Shown here: positions 36,400 to 50,130 of the stretch, one piece after another
How positions within the stretch are numbered: the first letter of the stretch is position 1
Layout of the letters: every line of letters starts with the position of its first letter
Assembly (NCBI RefSeq): GCF_963921235.1
Contig: NC_086110.1
Coordinates: 32,550,001-32,614,000, forward strand
Source: Mobula hypostoma
Lineage: Eukaryota
Direction: 5' to 3'
DNA length: 64,000 bases
Made by a program: the position numbers and the translations under genes
The notes under the pieces: generated by a model
What the model was told of the DNA's origin: nothing
Seen by the model: only the letters and a program-made list of their open reading frames with translations
Databases searched by the model: none

Positions 36400-37450
36400 T
36401 TATTCATTGGCATTCAAGATGAGGTAATAAATGGATTAGACATTCATACTGTGTGAGAAGCCAGAGTGGTAGTGTACAGTTTATTCTCTGACTGGAGGCC
36501 CGTGACTAGTGATGTGCCGCAGGGCTCAGCACCGGGTCCATTGTTTGTCATCTATATCAAGCATCTGGATGATAATATGGTAAACTGGATTGGCAAATCT
36601 GCAGCTGACACTAAGATTGGGGGTGGAGTGGACAGCGAGAAAGATTATCAAACCTTGCAGCTGGAAAAATGGCAGAAGAGATTTACTGCAAACAGGAGTC
36701 AGGTGTTGCACTTTTGGAGGACAAACCAGGGTAGGATGTACATGGTGAGTGATAGGGCACTGAGGAGTGCAGTAGAACAGAGGCATCTGGGAATACAGAT
36801 CGATAATTCCTTGAAAGTGGTATCACAGGTAGATAGGGTCATAAAGCTTTTGGCACATTGACCTTCATAAATCAGAGTACTGAGTACAGGAGTTGGGTTA
36901 TTAAATTGAAGTTGTTTAAGATGTTGGCGAAGCCTAATCTGGAGTATTATGTGCAGTTTTGGTCACAAACCTACAGGAAAGATGTCAATAAGATTGAAAG
37001 AGGGCAGAGAAAATTTACAAGGATATTGCCAGGAGTGGTGGACCTGAGCTATATGGAAAGATTGAATAGGTTAGGTCTTTTATCCCCTAAAGCATAGAAA
37101 AATGAAGAGATTATGAAAGAGAGATACAAAATTATTAGGAGTATAGAAAGGGTAAATGCACGCAGGCTTTTTCCCCTGGCTGAGACTAGAACTAGAGGTC
37201 ATGAGTTATGGGTGAAAAGTAAAATGTTTAAGGGGAACAAGGGGGAACCTCTTCACTCAGAAGAGGTGATAGTGTGGAATGAGCTGCCAGCGGAAGTGGT
37301 GGATGCGGGTTTGATTTCAACATTTAAGAGAAAGTTGGACAGGTACATGGATGGGAGGGCTATGGTCTGGGTGCAGGTCAATGGGACAAGGCAGATTAAT
37401 AGTTTAGCATGGGCTGAAGGGAGTGTTTCTGTTCTGTGGTGTTCAATGAC
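36400..37450 (+). mobile_element. CR1/HER1 LINE, 3' ~1 kb with RT relic
   Basis: WRPVTSDVPQGSAPGPLFVIYIKHLDD...KSAADTKIGG (decayed PQGS and FADD boxes), LEYYVQFWS, frameshifts. Confidence 0.92.
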
Positions 37451-38137
37451 TATTAAAAGTGGGAAATAATTAAAATAAAAACTAAATGATTTGCCTGTTG
37501 CATAAACAAAATGTTCCTTTTAGTGGTGAATAGTACTTTCTGATCTTATGATGCTTCAAATTTTGCTTTCAGTTCAGTTCGAAGGTTTCAAAGGTACATT
37601 TAGTGTCTGAGAAATGTATACCATATACATCCTGAAATTCTTTTCCTTTGCAACCATCCACGAAAACAGAGGGATGCCCCAAAGAATGAATGACAGTTAA
37701 ATGTTAGAACCCCAAATATAATACTGTATTTGCAATGCATTTTAAGGTTTGGGTCTTTTAGTCTGTACTTATCGATTTAAATGATTATTTAGTCTTTAAA
37801 AAAGATACACTTCCAGTATCAGCTCATAAATCTCTGCATACCTTCTGCTACAAGTTCAAGTTTATTGTCATTCAATCATTAACTGTGCCGCCAAACAAAT
37901 CAATGTTCCTCCGGACCAAGGTGCAGAACACAGTACATGTAACTTACACTAACACAAAGTAATATTACCAGAAAGAACTTAAATAATAAGGTCTATTTAT
38001 GACACAAGTTAAAAGTAAGCATTAACACTTCTGGCACTTCAATCATGATGAGACTTGGATAGTGACAGGAGTTCAGTTGTCTCGTGGCCTGGGAGAAGTT
38101 GTTGTTTCCTATTCATACCTCTATATCATTATATAAT

Positions 38138-38300
38138 TCTGATGAAGAGTCTCAGTCTGAATTGTTGACCGTCTATTTCCCTCCATAGATGCTGCTTGAC
38201 CCGTCGAGTTCCCCAGCATCTTAATGCATGCATTTCTAAATGACAATAAACGAGGACTGAGTGTCCTCATAATCTAATCTAATTTTGTGTGTTGCTATTT
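38138..38300 (+). mobile_element. Penelope-derived terminal repeat with decayed hammerhead core, interrupted by another repeat tail
   Basis: CTGATGAagagtctcagtctGAAttgttgac...catagatgctgcttgacc. Confidence 0.55.
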
Positions 38301-38569
38301 CCGCATGCAGTTCTCCTAAATGTAGTCTAGCCAATGTTTAATACAGGATTAGTGTAACTTCCCTGGTTTTCAGTTCTATCCCTCCAGAATGATATAATTT
38401 CAGTTTGTTTTTATCTTCCAGACTTGCTAACCTGTAGCAGAGCACTGAAGTATTTACATTATGGGATTCCTTTAGTTCCTGTACCTCTCCTAGTATTGTG
38501 ATCTCCCTTGTTCTTTCCTTTCTTACTACCAACATGTATTCCCTCTACAGTGACACAGAGAAAATGTCA

Positions 38570-39365
38570 GAAGCTGTTATTTAAAGATGTTACAGTAGGA
38601 CACTTGGAAAAAATATAAAAAGAGAAAGGATGGTTTTGTGGAAGAGGAATCTATGAAGCAAAAGAATCTTGATCATTTAGGGAGCTGGGCTGACAAATGG
38701 GAAAAGGATTTCAACTTTGTGTGAGCTGATGCATTTTGGACATTCAAATCAAAGTAGGACTTTTACAGTGAATGGCATGGCAGCGACAAGCATTGTGGAA
38801 CAGAGGAGCCTGGCAGTGCAAGTGCACAGTTCACAGAAAATGCCTGCATGAGTAGACAGGGTGGTGAAAAAGGTGTTCAACATGCTGGCCTTCATCAGTC
38901 AGGGCTCTGGGTTTAGGTTTTTTAATGTTACAGTTATATAAATTGCTGGTGAGACTGCATTTGGAGTATTGTGTACAGTTTTGATCAGCCTGCTATTGGA
39001 AAGACATAGAAGTTTATAAAATCACAAAAGGTTTGGATAAGGTGGAGAGTGATAGTCATTTTCCCACCATTGGGGAACCGAAAACTAGGGGGCACAGATA
39101 CAAGATAAAATGGGAGAGATTTAGAAGACTAGAAAGGTAACTGCTTTACACAGGGAGTAGTGAGCACCTGGAATGAGCTGCCAGATGAAGTGAGTGAGGT
39201 GAGTACTATTGCACATTTAAGAAGCTTTTGGACAGGTACATGGAGGGGAAGAGCTTGGAGAGTTATGGGCTAAACACAGAAAAACTACGACGTCCTAGTA
39301 GGAAGTAGGAACATGGACCTGTCGGGACAGAAGGCCCGTTTCTGTGCTGTATAACTGTATGCCTA
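38570..39365 (+). mobile_element. CR1/HER1 LINE fragment
   Basis: ttggagtattgtgtacagtttt (LEYCVQF) and tggaatgagctgcca (WNELP) motifs plus 3' tail. Confidence 0.8.
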
Positions 39366-40339
39366 TGTTGCCTGACCTGCAGAGTTTTTCCTCACATTCA
39401 GAATCAGTTTTAATATATCTGGCATATGTCATGATGTACAGTATAATGTTTTGCAGCTGCAGCAGTAGTCCATTGAAAATAAAAAACTATAAATTACAAT
39501 AAGAAATCTGTATTATCTGCATCTATATCAGTCATTTTATTTACCAATTATTTTCTCATTCTGCAAATGATATCTTCCTGTAATTTGTTGCAGTACCCTG
39601 AAGTACTTTGCCATTTTATGTATTTTTGATTGCAAACAGTAAAGTGTTGATGTAACTTGTGAACAGCAGAGGTCCCAACACTGATCTTTGCAGATCACCA
39701 TTTCTGCTGTGAATAACTACTTCGCTCCCACTTTGTTTTCAACTTTAAGCTAGTTATCAATTCTATTTGCTGTTCATCCCATGATTCTGCATTTTTCTAT
39801 ATCTGTTAGTCTATCATGGGGTATCAGATCAAAATGTTTCTGGATTCAATAAGTTTTACCAGGCAAGATTTTCTGTTTTGAAAAATCACGTCGTTACACT
39901 TTACATCTCTAGAGGTTTTCTATTATTTTGAAGGGATTCCATAAAGCTTTCCTGGCAGTGCTGTTGTGCTGACTGGTCAATAATAGCTTGGGCTTGTTCT
40001 ATTCTCCTTGTCACATTAGTCATTTGCCAGTCTTCTGGCACAAAGTCTTTTCTAATGAATTAATAAACACACACAGCACTATTCATGTCCTCTCTTCCCT
40101 TGATTCTCTGAGGTAGATTGTCTACTCTAACTTAGATTGTCCACTTAGTTTCTGGAGGATTGGAATCCATGCTGTGATTCAGGCGGCAGCCCTCCAGCCG
40201 CTGAGAAAAGCCGGTTGAGGAGATCATTGATGAAAACCTTCATTATAGCAGGCAAGAAGTAAGCCTCTTTGCAATTACTATGTTAGATCTGTTTTACATG
40301 TATGAAGGTGGTATTTATTATGGCAGTTCATTAGGGTTG

Positions 40340-40600
40340 ACCTAGCTGGGGGTGGTTGTAAGGATAAGCTCCCACTACCTATGAAATGCTCCCAGTGTTG
40401 TGCCTCTAAAAATAGCTTCTGACAACAAAGTCCAGCTCCTGGTCTTCATATGGGGCTCAGCTACTAAGCCCAGCAGAACCATTTCTAAGGACAGGAGGAG
40501 AGGCCAAGGCAGGATACTGGCACTTTAAAACCAGTCGCTTTGGGCAGATGGGGCTCATCAGCCATGGTTGGCAACTCATCTTGGAGAAGGAAAACTTATG
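40340..40600 (+). mobile_element. Probable RTE-related repeat fragment
   Basis: Recognised only by pattern (gcaactcatcttggagaaggaaaac); family assignment uncertain. Confidence 0.35.
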
Positions 40601-40799
40601 GTGGGCTTGATCTTTATCATGCAAAAAAAAATGCTAAGATAGGCTATAACTGTACATTGTTTTTTTTCAACCTTGCAGAAGCCTTTGACGCCAACAATCA
40701 GGAAGCACTGTAGAGAATCCTTTTCAAATCTGGCTGGCATCACTATGTTCCCTTTGTTTTTTTGCTTTCTACTTGATGGTAGTATGCAAGTCAATGGAT

Positions 40800-41810
40800 A
40801 GAAGTCAAAGAGTGGGAATAAAGAGGGTCTGTTATGGTTGGCTGCCAGTGACTATCGGTGTTTGGCAAGGGTCGATGTTGGGTCTGCTACTCTTCATGAT
40901 ATAGTTTCATGATCTGGAAGATAAAATTGATGACTTTATGGCCAAGTTTGTAGATGATACTAAGATAGATGGAGGAGTGGGTGGTGTTGAGGAATCAGGG
41001 AGTCTGTAGAATGATTGGATATATTAGGAGAATAGGCAAAGAAATGGAAAATAGAATACAGCATAGGAAGAGTATGGTCACACATTTTGGTAGAAGGAGT
41101 AAAGCATAGACTGTTTATGCAAATTTGTGCAGGATTCCCTCGAGATTCACTTGTAGGTTTAGTCAGCAGGTAGGTAAGTGCAATGCTAGCACTCATTTTG
41201 AGAGGACTGGAATGTAAGAGCAAGAATTTAATGCTGAGGATTTAAAGGGCATTGTTCTGACCACAGTTGGACTATTGTGAGCAATTTTCGGCCATATACC
41301 TGAGGATGAATGTGCTAGTATTGAAGAGGGAGCAGATGAGGTTTACAAGAATGATCCTTGGAGTGAAAGGGTGAGTGTTTGAGGAGCATTTGATGGCTCT
41401 GGGACTATACTTGCTGGAGTTCAGAAAAGGCGTGTGTGGGGTTGGGGGGGTGGAATCTCAATTAAACCTACTGAATATTGAAAGGCCTGGATAGAATGGA
41501 CTTGGAGAAGATGTTTTCAAAGTGGGAGAGTGTAGGACCGGAGGGTACAGCCCCAGAACAGAAGGACACCTTTTTAGAACAAAGGTCAGTGAATCAGTAG
41601 AATTCATTGCCACAGGTGGCTATTGAGGCTGAGACATTGGATATGTTTAAAGCAACAGTTGATAGATTCTTGATTAGTATGGGCATCAAAGGTTACAGGA
41701 AAAAGGCAGAAAAATGGGTTTGAGAGGGAAAATAAATCAGCCATTGTTGGAAGGCAGAGCAGATTTGATGGACCAAATAGCTTAACTCTGCTTCTATGTC
41801 TTATGGTCAT
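40800..41810 (+). mobile_element. CR1/HER1 LINE 3' ~1 kb
   Basis: gccaagtttgtagatgatactaagata (AKFVDDTKI), WLPVT and QGS relics, CR1 3' tail. Confidence 0.85.
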
Positions 41811-42212
41811 TTTTTATCCAATGGATGCCAATCTCAACTCATCTAAGGCTCTTCTCAAGATCTCTTTGCTGCAACAATGTAACTTGCCTTCCACGTATTT
41901 CCCACTGGAGCGAAGCTAATCTATAGTGTTAATGGATCACCTCCACACCATAAACAATATTATTCCAATTAAGTTGCATTATTGAGACAAAATACATATT
42001 TAGAGGTTAAGCTGTAGACCACCATTGACTCCATAAACCATAAAGGAGGACAGTTTTGCTCTAACAAATATAAGCAAAGGTGCATTACCAACCTATCCTG
42101 ATACTACTCCATTACAATTAAGATCCACAATGGGACCCCAGAAAATGTGTACCACTTTGCACTGTCCTTTGCTGCTCAGACCCTCTATGATTACTGACTC
42201 ACCAATGTAGAA

Positions 42213-42345
42213 TCACAAACATGAAAAAACCTGCTGATGTTGGAAATCAAAAGCAACACACAAAATGATTGAGGAACTCAGCAGGCCAGGCAACATCAAT
42301 GGAAAAGAGTAAACAGTTGACGTTTTGGGCCAAGACCCTTCCCGA
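42213..42345 (-). mobile_element. Penelope-derived terminal repeat
   Basis: Minus strand gaagggtcttggcccaaaacgtcaactgtt...cctggcctgctgagttcctc; same family. Confidence 0.65.
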
Positions 42346-43524
42346 AGAATACCATGCCTAGGTAAAATTTCCAAATCAACTGCAAATATATTTAAGGGAA
42401 ATTTATAATATTAATTGTTATTTAATGGATAAAGTCTGTCTCATTAGAATCATCTTTTTCTCCACTTTGATTCTAGCCCAGATGTTATTTGTAATTATTT
42501 ATCTTCATTTGCATCAAGAAGCAAAATATTACAAGAACTGACTAAGTAAACTATCTAAGTTAGCTAACTGATGAATGCTATATTGGGGAAACATTGAATG
42601 GCATACTTGACCTGTGTTTTCTATCTTCTTGTTCATTATAAGTTACTAACCAATTTAAACGTTAGAGCTTTTGGACTATCCACTTAGTTATATTGCCATT
42701 CGATGTCAGTTCCTTATCTCAGCAAATCATTATTTGTTGTCTTACAAATACCATTTCATGAGTTCTTAACTTTCAGATACACTCTTCATGAACTGACAAA
42801 GACTGTAAAGACAATAGTGAATTTGATCATTAGTACCTGCCTTTGTTGTCAGAAGGTATGTGAAGCTGTCCTTGCCATGAAGCTTTAATTTTGGGGGTAT
42901 GAGGTACAACAAGGTAGTTGAGCATCATTGACCTGCAGGTGTTTAATGTGAGCTCAAACTTTCATACGTTTTAATGAACAAGTCAGTGATTGCTTTGGTA
43001 CTTGGAGTTTATTGTGCAGCAGTGCTCCATGCCTTCCTCAATGCCTCTGAGAGCTGGATCGCCTACACTAAATACCCCGAGGCACTGGAAAGATACTACC
43101 AATAGAATCTCCACAATAACCTCTAAATTCACAAAAACACAAAGCCAACCAATGTCATTGTGGTGTCCCAAGCCAACATTGCAGCATTGAGATTTTAATT
43201 ACATTTGGTCATCTGTGATAGTCATAGAGTTAAAAACAACCATCTGAGAACAGAATAATGGACAGTTTTCAGTTAGAACTAACCTTTGGAAATTATGACA
43301 TAGAAAGGTAGTTAATGATCTCTACATTCTTTGAAAGCCTCAGAAGTATATAAGATGGGATAGATGATAGTTATTTAATTGAAGGAGTAAATCCTCAGGT
43401 TTGATGAATTGGTCCAGCATGAAATAAGGAGGTCGTCAAGTTGTCATGAGGTAAGAAAGAAAGGATCCACTCATGGTATTTCCAAGGCATTTAAGGCCTC
43501 AAAAGAAGGCAAAAGAACTGGTTT

Positions 43525-43725
43525 GGGAGGCACAGTGATGCAACCTGTGGAGCTGCTGCCTCACAGATCCACCAACCTGGATTCATTTCTGATCTCTAAG
43601 TATAGACAGCATGTTCACATTGGTAGGCTAATTAATCACTGAGTTGTCCCTAGTGTGTGGGTGAATTACAGAAAATTGATGGAATATAGGAAGAATGAAA
43701 TGGGTTTGTGTAGGGTTACAGTTAG
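43525..43725 (+). mobile_element. Degenerate V-SINE
   Basis: ggcacagtgatgca...gagctgctgcctcacag head and ggtaggctaattaatcactg tail. Confidence 0.5.
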
Positions 43726-46700
43726 AGTTACTGGGTAGACTGAGGAAATTGTTCAGAAATGTATTGAGAACCTGCTTGTAAAATTGTAATATTCCCACTA
43801 ACTCCTGTGAGCTTTTGGTCTATGACAGTTCACAGTGGAAAAAATGTTAAGAATAGTATTGAGTTCTTGCACCAGCAACACACATAAGCCTGTATGTACA
43901 GTGGAAAGAGTGCACTACTTGACAAACTACCCATCCATCTGCCAATCAGGCATTTCCTGTCCTACTTGTGCAAGACTCTGTGGTTCTCACCTTGACCTCA
44001 TAGGTCACCCTAGACTCTACAAATCTGGAATGAAAGTAGGTCATCTTTGTTCCTGAGGGAATGTTTGAGGAACTTGAGATGACATACCCTGAACAATGTC
44101 ACAGTTCGACCATCATAACAATGGATAACCAATAAAATGCACATGATAAGTACATAAATAGCATTTATCGTGATCGTGTGGAAAACTGGAAAATATAAGT
44201 GTTTTGATGCAGCTTTTTTAAACCAACTTTTCTCTTTTAACAATTATGCAATGCTATCTCTGAGCATATCTTGCCTCTCACATGCCTGCAATTTTTGCAT
44301 TTTACTGTGATCAAATTAACAATGAATCTAAAAATTGTAGAATTCTATATTAGAAATTACACACATAAACACAATTTCAATTATATATCTAACAAATTAA
44401 GAGTACAATACTTATCATCAGAGTCAAACAGGCAGAGAAATTACAATGTGCAGTATAATTACAAAGTGAAAGGAAAACAAAAGCAGCATCTGTGGAGAGA
44501 GAAGCAATATTAACATTTCAGGTCATCAACCTTCAATCAGAACGAGGAGCAATTTAACTTCAATGTGCAGGGAAAGGAGAGAGGAAGAGAGAATAAAAAA
44601 GGCATGCAACAGAATGTAATGTAGGAGAGGGTAATAGTGCATGATGAAGGAAGGTGAAATTAGAGAATGAAACATTAGTCTGGTGAAGGTATAATGCAGA
44701 TAATACTAAGGTCAGGTAAGTTTTGGAAATGTCAAATAAAAATCGATGAAGTGCTTATTATCTGACATTGCAATACTAAAATTTGAGTGTGGAATGAATA
44801 AATTATTTAGTCAGTAGATATTCCTTGAGCTAACACTGATCTTCAGTGAAAGAATGTAGGAGGCTAAGAACAGAGTTATCAGAGTGATTCAAACAGGGGA
44901 ATGAGATCAAAAATGAACATGAAGAATAACTGGAAGCTTAGGATCATGTTTGGTTGCTGAACAGAGCTGATCCACAAAAAGGATCACCCTTTCTATGTTT
45001 GGTTTCCCCATTACTCATTTGGTATAGCAAGTCCAGGAAGCTAAATAAGAACAAAGTGTGTTTTGAGATCTTGCACAGTGGAGGGGGGGGGGGAGGTAAA
45101 AGACTGGCAACTGCAAAATAAGACTGTGGGAACAGCAGTGAACATCAGGATCAATATTTTGCCTTATTGTTTATAGAAAACCAGATGGAATTAAATGTAT
45201 TCTCTTCAAAACTTACAAAAATGAATATTTTAATTAACTGATGAAAGCATATTGACCAGCTAAAAGGCAAGTGTCATGTTTTGCAAAATATTTTCAACTC
45301 TTTAAATCTTCTCTTGTGGTAAGAATGATGAGACCCTGTCATGGTCTTCTGATTACTAAAAGTCAAGAATAAATTTATTATTTGTAGCTAGTTGAGTTTA
45401 AATTTGCTTTGAATTCAGATTTTGACATGTAATAAACTGCAAAACTTTCTGGTTGTACACTCCAATCCCGATATTTTCCTGGACAGGTTGTTCTGTGTTT
45501 ACACAACTGGCCCTACAAAGAGCACATCCAACATTCGTCCGTTTATTAACAGAGCAGCGTCCGCTTTATCACCCGTTGCACAAAGAAAGTTTAAAAAATT
45601 CCAGCCTATTTTAATAGATTAACTTTGAAAAATAAACTCAATTTAATGGAAATTCACAAACTTTTATACATGGCAGTATTCTAACAAATTCAAATGAGTT
45701 TTTTTTCAATACAATCGCTAACCTCAGCAGCATACAGTATTCCATATAGTGCGCTGCATCATCAGAGAGGATTTAATTTATTTTGTCTGGAAAAAGTGAA
45801 AGAACTGTATTACACTGAATTAAACATCAGTCCTATTTTCTAGGGATCATGGAATAAACATCTTTTTCCAGCAACAGTATTTGTATTGCTGCTAGTGCGT
45901 TTTTATTTTGTTGTTGAAGTTTCATGTGGAACATTTGTAACCAATCATGACATGAATATCAGCAAGGAAATGCTGGAAATACTCGGCAGGCCATGCAGCA
46001 TTGTGAAGAGACAAACATACCAAACGAGAGCTGTTTTTGCAGTAGGAATGAAGGATTTTGTTTCTGTACCATATAAAAATTCAGTGTTCTTTTTTATCCA
46101 CATAAGTATTTCTGAACATGCTAGCGTTCACAGTAAAATGAGATGATGGGGTCTATAATTTAATACATTTTCAATTCAGAGAACTCATCCATACTACACA
46201 CATCAGTTCCTAATCGAAATAGTTCTAAACAAAAAGCGAGATTAAATCATATGCGTCCATACCTGACAATATGTAAACACCACTGATTTTGTTTTCTAAG
46301 AGCCAAGATATGCTTTCTCCAAGTTTGTTAAGTATTTTGATTTTCATCAATTAACTTTCAACACTTTGAAGTATGAATCGCAGTAAAAGCTATCATAATC
46401 AACTGCATTCCTACTTGACCTTTTCGTATGTTGTAAATTCGGTAATATCAGGTTTCTGAATGTGGATGTAAATAAACGTTTCCTTCATTCAGAACTGGTC
46501 ATCTATTATTTAACTAAAGTCGCGTACCATATATTAGAAAAAATGACGACTAAATAGTTATCAAGAGTAATTATTTCTCGCTCTATGGGTCGAATATGTT
46601 CATTTTTACTCAAACCTATCAATGTATCGTCATACTTGGAATCCAGTAGATATTTACATGTTGCTACATAGTTTGTCGAACATTTTAAATTTGTGGATGC

Positions 46701-47267
46701 GGAGGTCGGTGCTCACCTGCATTTGAAAAGAAAACGAGTATGACAGAGATTGCTTTAAGATTTATTTTTTTTAAATCAGTAATACGGTTCTTAAACATTT
46801 GAGTTTAATGTTGAATATAAAAAACAACAGTGTATTGAAATGGTTTTCTCAAAGCTGTCTTTAAACTGCAAGTGGTAGCAGAAATCAATCCAACACCGCT
46901 GGACATCATTTCATGAACAAAAGACTCAAAACGAATGGGAAGATTCAAACTTATTACTAAGGACAATTCATCTTTGCCTGTTTAATGCAGCGAATCATTA
47001 ATATTTTTTGGATAATTTTGCATTTAACTTTTGATGATCCTCCAGACAGGTTTTGCAATTGGCAGTGTTGGAAATAAAAATATTAGTTGTGAAAATATGG
47101 CATGTTTTTGGTTAAGAATTCCTATTTTGAACATATTGGAACAAAAGCAAATATTATGTATTTACAGCATGTTCCCCATGGTCAACAGGAATTATCGAAA
47201 TAATTGTGAATGCAACGAAACGACAATGTTTTACCGAATTAGAAATAATTAGAGTTTTGAGATAATT

Positions 47268-47281
47268 CCAGGAGGGGGCGC
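47268..47281 (+). promoter_or_regulatory. Candidate CTCF site upstream of ZNF423
   Basis: CCAGGAGGGGGCGC, one mismatch to CCASYAGRKGGCRS; isolated GC motif in AT-rich DNA. Confidence 0.45.
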
Positions 47282-48549
47282 AAGTCTCCTGGCCAGACAA
47301 AAGGAACCGTGTAGTAGGGAAAGGGACGAAAATTTAGCTCTGCTCGACATTATATTGAATGCAAGAACAAAAACTATTTAATAGCTCTCCGCAATATCCA
47401 ACACAAAAAACAATTTGATTATAAAATCGCCAAATTAAAACGAAACATTTTCATTACTTACTGCATTTTTGATGTCAAATTCGGCATGGTTTCATGTTCA
47501 CTCGTAACATTTATCCCAGATAAACAACACATAAATCGGAAAACGTTATTATTAATTAATGGAGCTAATTTATTACCTTTCTCAAAAATCTGCCAGACTT
47601 CCAACCTGTCCTTTGCTCATTCATTCCCCCCTCCCCATTTCAAAATTGTATTTAAAATCACTGAGGTGGTCTAACAACGTCTCAGCACACACACATTCAC
47701 ATAAATAAATTCAAACCGATTATATTTGTTAGCCACATAGGCATAATTCCATCAGTTTATAATTAGATGTAAACGAATTACTAACACTAATACCCTTTTA
47801 ATTCCACTGTATCATTACGGATATTTTTGAAATTCACTGTGCCCTGCAGGGAGTTACGTGCTGGAAGCTAAAGAATTTCCATTGTTCGGTAGGAATTAGG
47901 TTATTAAAAACTGAGTGCGAGATTGCTTCTGCGAATCAAAGGAGATGTACAGTAATGGCAACATTAAAGCAGTTTGTGGTTCAGCTGGAGCGACTTGCTT
48001 AAATGGACAAGAGTCTGGCGCCTTCCACTGCCATTACCGTTTTCACCAACAGTGTATTATGGTTTTGACTCGGTTTTTGTTTTATTTTCATATTTACTTA
48101 AATATTTAGGCGAACAGTGCAGTGACTTGAAATAGCTGTTCTCAAATAAAAGCGGAGTTTGCAGGCGACTGTTAAGTTGTATTATTTAAATAAATGACGC
48201 CCATCTTTTCCGTATAACGTTGATCTGTGTGTTGTAAAACCAATTAGTTTCTCTCAGGAGCTCTGTAATAGTTTGCTGTAGTTGTTCCGTTCTTTTAAGA
48301 AGGGAAAAAGAATATTAACGAAAAATAAATAACATTTTGCATAAAGTCGATCCAAGGGTGCTAATTTCAGAGAGTGTTTCAAGCTTGTATTTGCAAGCTT
48401 GAAAAAGCTGTTTGCAGCACTTTTAGCTTAAAGGATAAGTAAGAAGAGGCACAATGAGAGCGGCATTGTGTGCGCAGTCCAATCCAGGTTTGTCCAGAGC
48501 TCCATGCTTTGGGCACGATCGCACACTCAGATTTTTCATTATTCACCAT

Positions 48550-50130
48550 GCGTGCTCTGCACTTGGACAGCGATTTCCTCCGTGATTACGTGTGGCGCGT
48601 CTCCCTGCGGGAAAGCTCCCCCGTGGAGAGGTCCTGATGGGTTTGGGCCTTACTTGAATTTCCCAGCTTATTATGTGTCTGCACTGCGCGCTAACGCAGT
48701 TCCTAGGAAGCCAGCTCGTCCGCTCCCGCCACAAAGAGCCGGCTCTGCTGCCGGGCGCCAAAGCCGGACGGCGGTCATGGCACAAAGCGGCGGCAGCTGC
48801 TGCCCGCCGCCACCGACACCCTGCTGAACATCTGCGGCACCCTCTGGCAGCCCGGTGCCCCCCTGAAGCAAACAGCCACCTTGTTGTTTCTATGTGTGTG
48901 CCGAGCAAGAGCGGAACGGGCCACTCTCGGGGCAAGAAAAACAAGGGGCGCCTGGCCGCGCCGTTACCACATTTCTGGCTAAACAGGTGATCCCGCCGCC
49001 AAGTTTTTGCCGCCGCTGTGGCGGAGGGAGTTGCACGTCAGGCTGGCTGTTGGTTTTGCGGGCGTCTTGTTTTGTTTTGTTCACTTTTCTCCTTTCTTTT
49101 CGGTTGTTTCTAAGGATACTGCGTGCTCTTCGCTCAGTCCTCGAGGTCGCCAGCGTTGCTCGAAAGCCGGAGCTTTCATCATTTACTGGATTTCGCGCAA
49201 CAATAGGAAAAAGGGCAGCGGCACATTTCACACACCCCCCACCAGCGAGCAATAAGCCTTTTGCAAAAAAAAAAGCAGCCCCCCGTCTCTCCCTCCTTCC
49301 TTCCACCTCCGCCCCCTCCTCCTCTCGGGTCCCGTAAATAATCACTTGTCTTCGTGCGGGCAGCCTGGATCCTGCATCCAAATCCACCAGTTGCAAAGAA
49401 GTTGTGTGTGGGTGTGTGTGTGTGTGTTGGAAACAAGAGGAAGGGGGGGGGGGAATAAACACTTGACTGAAATCTAGTTTTAGCACCACCGCGAACAAAA
49501 AAAAGTACGAAGGAGACGTCACACGTAGTCCACTCCGAGAGGTTGAAGTTGCCGCATTGCAACGGGCAGGAGGAGGGAGAGAGAGAGAGAAACAGGAGAT
49601 TGATGTTTGGAGCTCCGGTCACTGGCCCGGACAGCGGCGCCCAGGCAGTAGCTTCTTCCAGGAGAGCGAGGGACTGGACATGTCCAGGCGAAAACAATCC
49701 AAGCCTCGGGCTGTTAAAGGTGAGCCTCTCCTTGTTTTTTTTTACAGGTAGGGGAAAGGGGGAGAGAGGAAGGGACGAAGGGGGCAAGTGATTTTTAAAT
49801 CGGAGGAGCGGGAACAGCCGCGGTTAACGGACTTTTCCGCGCGTACCGTGCCGCTCTCTTCGCTGCTGCCCAGTTGGAGGAGGCTCGCGGCGGCGGGGAA
49901 GAGAGTGCGCGCGCACTGCCCGCCAACCAGCAGGGGCGGTGTGGGGATCCGCGCGCATGCACGCACGCGGCCAAGGGCGGGGCTGGAGGCGCGAAGCCCA
50001 GGTGCCGGCACCTTTGAAATGTGCAGTTTTAACTGAAGAAAGGGAGGCAGCAGTGGCTGCGCGCGGGGGTGGGAGGCCCGGGAGCGGCCCCAGGTGTCCG
50101 CAAACCCCCTTTCTACAGAGTAAGTTGGCG
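48550..50130. promoter_or_regulatory. Large CpG island / ZNF423 promoter and 5' UTR
   Basis: ~1.6 kb GC- and CpG-rich segment around the first coding exon, containing (GT)n at ~49404-49427 and (GA)n at ~49577-49590. Confidence 0.85.
49680..49719 (+). CDS. ZNF423: Zinc finger protein 423, first coding exon (MSRRKQSKPRAVK); intron 1 extends beyond the window
   Basis: 40-nt exon encoding the NuRD-binding MSRRKQxxP motif with a phase-1 G|gtgagc donor. Closest to ZNF423 MSRRKQAKPRSVK. Divergent orientation to CNEP1R1-HEATR3, as at human 16q12.1. The motif alone is shared with ZNF521, SALL and FOG, so the identity relies on synteny. Confidence 0.82.

Noticed and set aside
36466-37469. RT-like ORFs as a functional gene or active LINE
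   Set aside because: 5'-truncated, frameshifted, catalytic FADD box decayed to SAAD
48835-48860. ZNF423 autoregulatory site (GCACCC...GGTGCC)
   Set aside because: Half-sites too far apart and imperfect; likely by chance in GC-rich DNA
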